Below, one piece after another: positions 1-9,905 of a stretch of 64,000 nucleotides of DNA. How positions within the stretch are numbered: position 1 is the first letter of the stretch; each line of letters begins with the position of its first letter. Under the pieces are notes generated by a model. The model was not told the DNA's origin. It worked only from the letters and a program-made list of their open reading frames with translations, and did not search any database. The DNA comes from an uncultured delta proteobacterium (GTDB taxonomy: Bacteria; Myxococcota; Myxococcia; Myxococcales; Myxococcaceae), in the NCBI GenBank assembly GCA_963713045.1, contig CAVQKE010000004.1:320001-384000 (forward strand), given 5' to 3'. The position numbers were made by a program, and so were the translations under genes.

Positions 1-660
1 GACGGCGTCTGGGGCATCCGGCCGCGAAACATGGAGCAGAGCTACACCTTGGACTTGCTGCTCAACGACGACATCAAGCTGGTCACCATCGTCGGAAAGG
101 CGGGCACCGGAAAAACGCTGCTCGCCATCGCCGCGGGCTTACACAAGACCACCGAGGAGAGCGCCTACCAAAAACTGCTGGTGAGCCGCCCCATTTTTCC
201 TCTGGGCCGAGACATCGGCTACCTCCCCGGGGACGTGGAGCAAAAACTGAATCCGTGGATGCAGCCCATCTTCGACAACGTCGAGTTCCTGATGAATTTG
301 AGCCGCGCCGACAAGAAAGCGGGCCGCGGCTACCATGAATTGCTCGACCTGGGCATCCTGGAGATTGAGGCGCTTACCTACATTCGCGGGCGCAGCATTC
401 CCAACCAGTTCATCATCGTCGATGAGGCACAAAACCTGACGCCGCACGAGGTGAAGACCATCATTACCCGCGTCGGCGATGGGACCAAAATCATCCTCAC
501 CGGCGACCCCTTCCAAATTGACAACCCCTACGTGGATGCCACCAGCAACGGGCTGGTGCACGTGGTGAATCGCTTTCAAAAGGAGCGCATCGCCGGCCAC
601 ATTACGATGATTAAAGGCGAGCGCAGCGCGCTGGCGGAGCTGGCGGCGAACCTGCTCTAG
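1..660 (+). CDS. PhoH-family ATPase, 3' part (5' end lies outside the window)
   Basis: Frame is open from base 1 ([13 protein letters not shown]). Walker A GKAGTGKT, plus GYLPG, RGRS, DEAQN and GDPFQID motifs typical of PhoH. Confidence 0.9.
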   Translation, partial: DGVWGIRPRNMEQSYTLDLLLNDDIKLVTIVGKAGTGKTLLAIAAGLHKTTEESAYQKLLVSRPIFPLGRDIGYLPGDVEQKLNPWMQPIFDNVEFLMNLSRADKKAGRGYHELLDLGILEIEALTYIRGRSIPNQFIIVDEAQNLTPHEVKTIITRVGDGTKIILTGDPFQIDNPYVDATSNGLVHVVNRFQKERIAGHITMIKGERSALAELAANLL

Positions 661-794
661 CACCGGGCCAGCTGTTGCGGACGGGCGAGGTGCCGTTGAC
701 GTGAGGTGGCGGTGAAGCAGCCAGCAGGCTACCGTGCCCAAGACCTGGTGGGGCTGCAGGCCGTCGACTTCCAGTGCGACTGCCCGGGGCTTGA

Positions 795-1073
795 ATGGCT
801 GAAATGACCGAGCTGAAACCGTTGGTGAGCTATCCGACGGAGTACACCTTCAAAGTGATGGGCAAACAGGAGCACGGCTTCAAGGAGTATGTGCGCCAAC
901 TGTTTCACCGGGTGTTGGCCCAGGAGGTGTCGCAGGACTCGATGAGTGAGCTTCCCTCCAAAGGCGCGCGCTACCTGTCGGTCTCGGTCACAGTGGTCCT
1001 GCTGTCCGAGGAACAGCGGGCACGCGTCTACGAGGCGCTGCACAAGGACCGTCGGATTCTCTACTACCTCTAG
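795..1073 (+). CDS. DUF493/YbeD-like small protein
   Basis: 92 aa with YPTEYTFKVMG, SKGARYLSVSVTV and VYEAL, the YbeD/HP0495 pattern. Confidence 0.8.
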   Translation: MAEMTELKPLVSYPTEYTFKVMGKQEHGFKEYVRQLFHRVLAQEVSQDSMSELPSKGARYLSVSVTVVLLSEEQRARVYEALHKDRRILYYL

Positions 1074-1079
1074 GTGCCC

Positions 1080-1796
1080 ATGGCCGACCCACCCGCCGAC
1101 AGCACCGAGACCCAGGCAGCGGACGCGGCGGCGCCCTTCACCACCGAGCCAGTGCTGTCCCGCTTGGGCCGGAGACTTGAGCTTGAAGAGGACGCGCGGG
1201 TCCTCGAGTTTCGCCTCTCCGGGCCGAGCGCAGCGGTGCAGCTGGCGCGCGACATCGGCTGCCGCGTGACGGTGGCGGACGCTTCGTCAGAAGTGCTCGA
1301 GCGCGTCCGGCAGGAAGCCGAAGCGGCCGGGGTGTTGAAGCAGCTCACGTTGCTGCCCCTCAATGGCACGCCGCCCAGCTTGCCCGAGGCTGCCTTCGAC
1401 CTGGCCATCGCCGGACAACGGGTGAGTGCGCTGGGGCCGCTGGCGAGTCAACTGCGGCCCTCCCTGTTCCCCGGCCGCGGCAGATTGGTGGCGGTGGTGG
1501 CGGCCCGGGTGGGGGTTGTCCGGCGCGACCTCACGGCATGGGAGCAGGCCCTCGGCGGCCCGCTGCGCTCGCCGCAGGCCGAACTGGCCGAACTTGTGCG
1601 GGCCGGCTTTGAGCCGGAGTGGGCCGAGGCGCTGAGCGAGGCCGAGCTGGTGCAGCGCTATGGGGCAGCACCGGCGTCCGCCGCCGAGGAAGCCGCGCTG
1701 GTGGATGTGGGCCCGAGCGGGCTGAGCTTCCTTTTGGTGGCCGGGCGACGTCGAGAGCCGGACGAAGTCCCGCCGCCCGCGCGAGACCGCGGCTAG
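1080..1796 (+). CDS. Class I SAM-methyltransferase-like protein with degenerate motif I
   Basis: VLEF...LARDIGCRVTVAD and FDLAIA resemble the class I MTase fold, but the GxGxG loop is not intact. Confidence 0.6.
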   Translation: MADPPADSTETQAADAAAPFTTEPVLSRLGRRLELEEDARVLEFRLSGPSAAVQLARDIGCRVTVADASSEVLERVRQEAEAAGVLKQLTLLPLNGTPPSLPEAAFDLAIAGQRVSALGPLASQLRPSLFPGRGRLVAVVAARVGVVRRDLTAWEQALGGPLRSPQAELAELVRAGFEPEWAEALSEAELVQRYGAAPASAAEEAALVDVGPSGLSFLLVAGRRREPDEVPPPARDRG

Positions 1797-1814
1797 TCTG
1801 CTTCCGGGCCGACG

Positions 1815-2900
1815 TCAGCCCGCGGCCGCCGGGGAGAAGTCCAGCAGGCTGAGCCGCTCGGGCGCGACCGCCAGGGCCAGCTCCGAGCGCTGACCGGCCG
1901 CGTCCCCGCCCAGCTGAAAGGGCACGTCCCGGTCGAAGCGCACCTGGACGCTGGAGGCGAGAAAGTCCTGAACGCCCGATGGAAACCATTCGCCGCGCCA
2001 CAGCCGCAGGACGTTGGCCGCTGCGGCCAACGGGCTGACGACGCCCACCCGCAGGTGCATGGTGCCGGCGGTCCGGCCGGCGAAGGGAAACATGCGGATG
2101 GCGTAACCGTAATAGGGAATGGTGCTCGCCGCGGCAAGCATGGCCGGCCCGCGATACAGCACCTCGCCCGGGGCGACGCTGCACAGCGGTTGCCCAGCGG
2201 CGCCCAGCCGAAACGCCGGGCGGTCGGCCGTGTTGCGGATTTCGCACTCGGCGGTGGTGGGCCGAACCAAGGCCTGGGGCAGTGTCCTCAGCATGACGGT
2301 CGCGGCGTAGCCCCGCGAGCCAGTCAACAGCCGGGACAGCCAGCCCTGGGAGACGCGCGCCTTCAAAGCGACGTAGTCGTTGAGGAGCTGCGCGTCCAAG
2401 CCCAGACTGGCAAAGGGCGCACGCCGCCCTTCCACCGAGAGAAGTTCAAGCGGGCGGTAGCCGGGGACGTCGCCGTTGCGGGCGCGCAGCACGTCGTCCA
2501 CCATGCCGCCGCCGCGGACGCCGGAGGCATTCACCCAGGCCGCCAGGCCATTGCCGGTGCCCAGCTTCAGGACGCCGAAGTGCGGCAGCCGACTCACGCG
2601 ACGCCGGGCTGCCAAGTTGAGCACTTCATTGGCGAAGCCCATGAAGGTACCGTCGCCACCGCCGAGGAAGACGGTGTGGTAGCCCCCGTCCACCACGGCG
2701 TTGGCGATGCGCCGAGCGTCCAACGGGGAACGCGAGACGTAGAGGTCTCCCCGGGCCACCACGTGAGAGAGCGCCCGCAGGACGGCCGGTGTCACCCGAC
2801 GCGCGTGCGCGTTGAGGAGGACAGCGACACCCGAAGAACGCACCGCCCGGCGCGGGGATGGGGCGGCGAAGGCCGCCGAAGGTGCGGGCAGAAGTTCCAA
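1815..2900 (-). CDS. Diacylglycerol/lipid kinase family protein
   Basis: VLLNAHA, GGGDGT, LKLGTGNGLA, GLDA and QLGGD motifs. TTG start is uncertain. Confidence 0.85.
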   Translation of the reverse strand: MELLPAPSAAFAAPSPRRAVRSSGVAVLLNAHARRVTPAVLRALSHVVARGDLYVSRSPLDARRIANAVVDGGYHTVFLGGGDGTFMGFANEVLNLAARRRVSRLPHFGVLKLGTGNGLAAWVNASGVRGGGMVDDVLRARNGDVPGYRPLELLSVEGRRAPFASLGLDAQLLNDYVALKARVSQGWLSRLLTGSRGYAATVMLRTLPQALVRPTTAECEIRNTADRPAFRLGAAGQPLCSVAPGEVLYRGPAMLAAASTIPYYGYAIRMFPFAGRTAGTMHLRVGVVSPLAAAANVLRLWRGEWFPSGVQDFLASSVQVRFDRDVPFQLGGDAAGQRSELALAVAPERLSLLDFSPAAAG

Positions 2901-2948
2901 GGGTGGTCCGAGTCGGAGTGCCGCGCTGCGGCATGAAACCGGATGCGC

Positions 2949-2964
2949 TGCAGGTTTCCGGCCA
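2949..2964 (-). promoter_or_regulatory. Putative sigma54 -24/-12 promoter of the lipid kinase gene
   Basis: Minus strand reads TGGCCGGAAACCTGCA, an exact GG-N10-GC spacing about 50 nt upstream of the start. Confidence 0.55.
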
Positions 2965-3112
2965 GCAGTGCACCGGCCGAAGCTGTCATTCTAGCGTAAC
3001 AATCCCGGTGCCTTAGCGCCTTCAAAAGGAGAAGCAGGGGCGCCGGTGTGAAAGTCGGGTGACGCTCAGGTGCGCAGTTCAGGTAGCACCGAAGGCAGCC
3101 GCCCGGGTGGGT

Positions 3113-5093
<1,981 letters not shown>

Positions 5094-5109
5094 GGGCCAT
5101 TCACGCCAG

Positions 5110-5160
5110 AAAAAAACCACGCCGCCTCGGTCCACTGTCGGGGACGGAGGCGGCGCTGGT
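5110..5160 (-). terminator. Intrinsic terminator between convergent dnaK and the DAC gene
   Basis: Stem CGCCGCCTC (5120-5128) / GAGGCGGCG (5146-5154). A7 at 5110-5116 gives a U-tract on the minus strand. Confidence 0.75.
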
Positions 5161-5163
5161 GTG

Positions 5164-6066
5164 TTAGGTGCGCCGGGCGCTCTGGTGGAGCTCCAGCAAA
5201 ATTTCCCCACCCTTGAAAAGCCGCACCGCTCCGGAGGTCTGACTGACCACCAGAGCCAGGCACGCGGTAGAGGCGGTAATGCCGGCGGCGGCGGCATGGC
5301 GCGCCCCGAGGCCCAACGGCACGGTGACGTTGTCGTCGGTGGCCGACAGGTAGCGTCCGGCAGAAAGCACCACCCCGTCCTCGCGGATGATGAAGGCGCC
5401 GTCGAGGACCGAAAAATTCTTGATGGCCTCGCGGATTTTCGGGTCGAGGACGTTTCGCTCCGATTCACCCAGGCCCTGGAAGGGGTTGAGCGTAATTTGC
5501 CGGCTCTTCTCCAGGACGTTGTTGTGGTCGCCAATGGTGATGATGGTGCCAATGGGGTGGCCTTCGTAACCCTCCTGGCCAATCTGGAGCGCAAGCTGGA
5601 GCAGGGCGTCCACCACCTGGCTGTCGAAGCCCTCGCCGAGCTTCACCCCTTCGATGGCGACTCGGTCGTCCAGCGAGCCGCCGATACGCATCTGCATCAG
5701 CGTGTCCGGAGAGCGGCCAATCCGGCCCGTCATGCACAGCACCAGGTCGCCCTCCTTGAAGGCGCCTTGGGACAGCGCGGAGACCAGGGCCACCTTGACC
5801 CGCTCCACCCGGCTGTAGTCGTAGGCCGGAATCACCAGGGCGCGGTAGCGCCGGCCCTGAAGCTCCGTGGCGATGGGTTCTGCGGTGACGGCGTAGACCA
5901 GCTTGTGTCGGAGTTTGCGGCGCCGGATGTCCTCGGCCGCAATCGGAGTGTCGCTGATGTAGAGGAAGTGGTCGACGTCAGCCTTGGCGGCTAATGCCAG
6001 GGCGCCGCGAAGGAACTCGCGGTCGAAGCGAGACGACTCACTGCGCGCCTTCTCTCCTTCGGACAT
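5164..6066 (-). CDS. Diadenylate cyclase (DisA_N/DAC domain) protein, DacZ-like architecture
   Basis: LDGAFII, LGLGARHAAAAGIT and VVSQTSG DAC motifs. The segment VKVALVSALSQGAFKEGDLVLCMTG resembles a pyruvate-kinase C-terminal-like domain. No transmembrane segment seen. Confidence 0.85.
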   Translation of the reverse strand: MSEGEKARSESSRFDREFLRGALALAAKADVDHFLYISDTPIAAEDIRRRKLRHKLVYAVTAEPIATELQGRRYRALVIPAYDYSRVERVKVALVSALSQGAFKEGDLVLCMTGRIGRSPDTLMQMRIGGSLDDRVAIEGVKLGEGFDSQVVDALLQLALQIGQEGYEGHPIGTIITIGDHNNVLEKSRQITLNPFQGLGESERNVLDPKIREAIKNFSVLDGAFIIREDGVVLSAGRYLSATDDNVTVPLGLGARHAAAAGITASTACLALVVSQTSGAVRLFKGGEILLELHQSARRT

Positions 6067-6175
6067 GGCGAAACCCCAGGTTACCTTGACTTCACAGAAC
6101 CGCCGAATAAGACTCCGCGCCCCTTTTCGGGGCGGAGCTGGGCGTTTCGCCCCCGGCCGGACGAGGACAGCGGCT

Positions 6176-6538
6176 TTGAACCAGAAAGATCTCAAGCGCT
6201 ACAAGAAGATGCTGGAGGACAGCAAGCACGCGCTGCTGATGAGCGCCAAGAAGACGCTGATGGAGGAGTCGAATTTCGACACCGACGACCTTCCGGACGA
6301 GATTGACCTAGCGAGCAGCGAATACGCCCAGTCGATGGTTTTTCGTCTCCGCGACCGGGAGAAGTTCCTCTTAAAGAAAATCGAGAAGGCCCTGCTCCGC
6401 ATTGAAGAGGGGACCTTCGGCATCTGCGAGCGCTGCGAGGAACCCATCAGTCCGAAGCGCCTGGAGGCCAGGCCGGTCACCACGTTGTGCATCCGGTGCA
6501 AAGAGGAGCAGGAGAAGAAGGAGAAGTCCTACGGCTGA
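6176..6538 (+). CDS. dksA: DksA/TraR C4-type zinc finger transcription factor
   Basis: TTG start after a GAGGA RBS. Coiled-coil tip DEIDLA, FGICERC, RLEARP and LCIRC. Confidence 0.9.
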   Translation: MNQKDLKRYKKMLEDSKHALLMSAKKTLMEESNFDTDDLPDEIDLASSEYAQSMVFRLRDREKFLLKKIEKALLRIEEGTFGICERCEEPISPKRLEARPVTTLCIRCKEEQEKKEKSYG

Positions 6539-6556
6539 GGCCGCGGCTGGGGGGAC

Positions 6557-7285
6557 TCAAGCCGGCTGCAATTCGACGCGCAACAGCTCGCGGCCCACCA
6601 GGAACTGGTCTCCGGTTTCGACGAAAACCGCGTTGGTCAGCCGGAGGAAGGTTCCGTTCGAGCTGCCCACGTCACGAACCACCAACCGCTCGCCGCGGGC
6701 TTTGAGGACGGCGTGGCGGCCTGAGACGAAGCCGTCGGTGGGAAACGCAATATCCCCCGTCTCTCGGCCGAGCAGGTTGTCCCCTTCGCGCAGCGGGAAG
6801 GCAGCGCCCCGCAGCCCCCCGTCGAGAAGCTGGATGATGCGCAAGCGGTAGCCTGGGTCCGGCGACCCCCAAGCCAGCGTCCCGTCCTCGGCCGGGACCG
6901 GCGGGGACACCAACTCCAGAAGGAGCCGCTGGCGGCCGAGCCGAAGCTCACCGCCCACCGGGAGCTCCCGTTCGGCCCGGAGACGCGCGAAGACACCATT
7001 GCCACCTCCGGCGTCCTCGACGGCCAAGCGGCCCCCGGAGAAGAAGAAGCGGACTTGCACCGGGGCCACGAAGGGGTCGTCCGGCAGTTGCAGGTCCCCG
7101 GCGGTTCCAGCCGTCAAGACTTCGCCGCGCATGGGGACGACCGACTCGGCCCCGCCATCGGCGCGGACCACCCGCAGCAGGACGCGCGGCCGTGGCGCGG
7201 AGGGGGGCGCAAGGGAGCCTCCACACCCGGCGCAGGCGGTGCTTCCCGGGGGGTTGGAGACGCCGCAGGTTGGACAGGTGACCAT
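6557..7285 (-). CDS. Zinc-ribbon plus tandem FHA domain protein
   Basis: N-terminal CPTC...CAGC. C-terminal FHA with GR, SGRH and NGTF. The first FHA is degenerate. Confidence 0.85.
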   Translation of the reverse strand: MVTCPTCGVSNPPGSTACAGCGGSLAPPSAPRPRVLLRVVRADGGAESVVPMRGEVLTAGTAGDLQLPDDPFVAPVQVRFFFSGGRLAVEDAGGGNGVFARLRAERELPVGGELRLGRQRLLLELVSPPVPAEDGTLAWGSPDPGYRLRIIQLLDGGLRGAAFPLREGDNLLGRETGDIAFPTDGFVSGRHAVLKARGERLVVRDVGSSNGTFLRLTNAVFVETGDQFLVGRELLRVELQPA

Positions 7286-7364
7286 GCGAATTTGGCGTCG
7301 CGGACTCTAGCAGAGCTCCCCGGCCAGGCCGGCCCCAGGGGTGCTTGCGGCGAGGCTGCGGGCC

Positions 7365-8912
7365 ATGCCAGCGTCAGCGCTGCACGCCGTGACTTGTCCA
7401 ACCTGCTCAGCGGACACCGGAAGCTCCGCCCAGTTCTGCCCCGCATGCGGGGTCGCGCTGCCGCGGCTAACGGGCGATGGGGACCCGCTGGTGGGCAAGG
7501 TGGTGGCGCACAAGTACAGCATCGAGCAATGCATCGGCGAGGGTGGGATGGGGCGGGTCTACCGCGCCCGACAGCTGGTGCTGGACAAGCGGGTGGTGCT
7601 GAAGGTGCTGCACCAGGAGTTGCTGTCTGACGCGCGTACCGTGGCCCGCTTTCAACGGGAAGCCCGCGCCGCGAGCCGCCTCAACCACCCCAACTCCATC
7701 AACATCCTCGACTTCGGGGTGGCTGAAGACGGCGAGCTCTTCATCGCCATGGAGTACGTGGATGGGCACGACCTGCATCACCTCCTCACCCACGAATGGC
7801 CCCTGTCTGAACCGCGCATCATTCGCATTGTCTCCCAGGTCCTCTCGGCACTGGCCGATGCCCACGGCGCGGGCGTCATTCACCGAGACTTGAAGCCGGA
7901 AAACGTCATGGTGGAGCCCCGGCGCGGCGGGGAAAGCGACGTGGTGAAGGTACTGGACTTCGGCATCGCCAAAGTCGTCGACACGGCCGAGGCCGGCCCG
8001 GCGCTGACCCGCGCCGGCTTCGTCTGTGGAACGCCGGAGTACATGTCGCCCGAGCAAGCCAAAGGGGCGCCGTTGGACGCGCGAAGCGACCTCTACTCGG
8101 TGGGCGTGCTTCTCTTCCAACTGGTCACCCGCCGCCTGCCCTTCGACGCCGACACGGCCGTCGGCTTTGCGACCAAGCACCTGACCGAGCCACCCCCGCC
8201 GCCGTCGCGCATTCGTCCAGGCGGCTGCTCGGCAGAACTGGAGCGCCTCATCCTGCAGGCCCTCAGCAAGGACCCGGCCGCCCGTCCCCAGACGGCCGAG
8301 GCCTTTCTCGACGCGTTGAATGCCTTGCCGGCCGGTGAGTCCTCGCATGCCGCGCGCACGGCGCGCGTGGTGCTGCCGTTGGGCGCGACGGCCGAGCAGC
8401 CTCGCAAGTCGACCCGGTCCGTCACCCCCACCGTCCTCAGCCGTCCCCCGGCCTTGCAGCCGGGCCGCAAGCCGTGGCCGGCCATCCTGGTGGCCGTTGG
8501 GGTGGCCGTGGTGCTGGGCCTCGGGGCGGTGGCCTTCCTCGCCTTCCGAGGCCAGTCCTTACCCGCGGCTGGGCCGACGCCGGCCGCCTTGGGCAAACCG
8601 CGACCGGCCTGGCTGCTGGAGGTGCCCCCCGAGCGACGCGACGCCAAGCACGCGGCGGAGTTGGCGCGGGATGGGGACAACCTCTACGAGGCGGGGGACT
8701 TGGCACTGGCCCGGGCGAAGTACCTCGAGGCCTTCGAGGAAGACCCGACGGCCGAACTGGCGCTGAAATTGGGTACCCTGGCGCGCCTGCGGGGATTGGC
8801 CGGTGCGGAGGAGGCCAAGGGCTTCTTCGCCCGCCACCTTCGCGAGGCCCCCAACTCCCAGGCACGGGCGCAAATTGCCAAGGCCTCGGGAAGCCCGGCC
8901 AGGACGCCCTGA
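7365..8912 (+). CDS. Membrane-anchored Ser/Thr protein kinase (zinc ribbon, kinase, TM, TPR-like)
   Basis: CPTC...CPAC, GEGGMG, HRDLKPEN, DFG, GTPEYMSPE and a hydrophobic TM (ILVAVGVAVVLGLGAVAFLAF). Start may be 7341. Confidence 0.93.
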   Translation: MPASALHAVTCPTCSADTGSSAQFCPACGVALPRLTGDGDPLVGKVVAHKYSIEQCIGEGGMGRVYRARQLVLDKRVVLKVLHQELLSDARTVARFQREARAASRLNHPNSINILDFGVAEDGELFIAMEYVDGHDLHHLLTHEWPLSEPRIIRIVSQVLSALADAHGAGVIHRDLKPENVMVEPRRGGESDVVKVLDFGIAKVVDTAEAGPALTRAGFVCGTPEYMSPEQAKGAPLDARSDLYSVGVLLFQLVTRRLPFDADTAVGFATKHLTEPPPPPSRIRPGGCSAELERLILQALSKDPAARPQTAEAFLDALNALPAGESSHAARTARVVLPLGATAEQPRKSTRSVTPTVLSRPPALQPGRKPWPAILVAVGVAVVLGLGAVAFLAFRGQSLPAAGPTPAALGKPRPAWLLEVPPERRDAKHAAELARDGDNLYEAGDLALARAKYLEAFEEDPTAELALKLGTLARLRGLAGAEEAKGFFARHLREAPNSQARAQIAKASGSPARTP

Positions 8913-8925
8913 GTCGGCGCGCCGG

Positions 8926-9819
8926 TTAGGCCGCTTCCACCAACAGCACCTGCTCGCCGATGCGCACCCGGTCGCCTGGCTGAAGCGCACGTTCTTGGGT
9001 GCCGAGCCGGACAAACGTGCCCAGGCCGGCGGACAAGTCACGCAGCAGACCGCCGCGGGCGGAGGCGGTCAGCTCGCAATGGCGGGGGGCCACGCCGGGC
9101 TCGCCGGGAAAATTCATGTCACAGCCGGCCAGTCCCAGTGTCAGCAGCGGTTGGGGGGTGGCCACCACCCGTCCCGGCCGACCGCCCACCAGCAGCTCCT
9201 CCAGGGCCCAGAGACTGCCCTGAAGGGGCAGCGGGACGCCGTAGGCGCGCGGACGCCCTGGCTCGCGGGGAGGCGGGGTGAGGAACCCCTGGAAGCGAAA
9301 CAGGCGCTGGCCGAAGGCAAACATCCCCCCCGGTGGGAGCACCTCCGGCACGCGCAGGGAGGCGAAGACGCCCGAGAGGCTGGCCTCGTCCCGCACCGTC
9401 AACTGCCCGTCCTTGATGCGGAAGGCGGCGTGCAGTGCTGAGACGTGGACGTCCTCCGGAAAGAGGATGGCCCCGCGGCTGCGCCCCACCGTGCAGCCGT
9501 TGGCCATGAGGCGGAAGCGCTGCCCTCGGGCCGGCCCGGACACCACCCCCAGGATGAAGCGGCTGGGCACCGGCGAGGTTGGCGCGGGCCGCGCGGCGGG
9601 AGCCGGGGCCGGGCCAGACGGCGGCGGCTGAAGGGCAGGGGTGGGGGCCTGGCGTTCCACTGGGGCCGGCGGCTCCGGCGTCTGTGTAGGGGCGGGGGCC
9701 GGCGCCATGCCCGCGACGAAGGGCGTGCCGCAGGCCTCACACCGAAGTGAACCCGGCGGGCCGAGCACGTCGCAGGTGGGGCAGACGACGCCGAGGCTAC
9801 TCGCGAGGAGGCGCGACAT
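8926..9819 (-). CDS. Zinc-ribbon, Pro-rich linker, tandem FHA domain protein
   Basis: GGGGAGG RBS, CPTC...CEAC and a PAPAP linker. First FHA has GR and SALH; the second is degenerate. Confidence 0.85.
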   Translation of the reverse strand: MSRLLASSLGVVCPTCDVLGPPGSLRCEACGTPFVAGMAPAPAPTQTPEPPAPVERQAPTPALQPPPSGPAPAPAARPAPTSPVPSRFILGVVSGPARGQRFRLMANGCTVGRSRGAILFPEDVHVSALHAAFRIKDGQLTVRDEASLSGVFASLRVPEVLPPGGMFAFGQRLFRFQGFLTPPPREPGRPRAYGVPLPLQGSLWALEELLVGGRPGRVVATPQPLLTLGLAGCDMNFPGEPGVAPRHCELTASARGGLLRDLSAGLGTFVRLGTQERALQPGDRVRIGEQVLLVEAA

Positions 9820-9905
9820 GCGTACCTCCCCAATGTACACCAACGCCCCCGGTGTAAGCCTTCGTTGAAGGCCTGATTTCCTAAAGTTACGATGGAAGAC
9901 CCCCG

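Noticed and set aside
3013..3040. TTAGCGCC... upstream of dnaK as a CIRCE element
   Set aside because: The right arm does not match GAGTGCTAA at 9-nt spacing.
6086..6114. TTGACT...TAAGACT as the dksA promoter
   Set aside because: Plausible, but the -10 register and spacing are ambiguous, so it is not listed as a feature.
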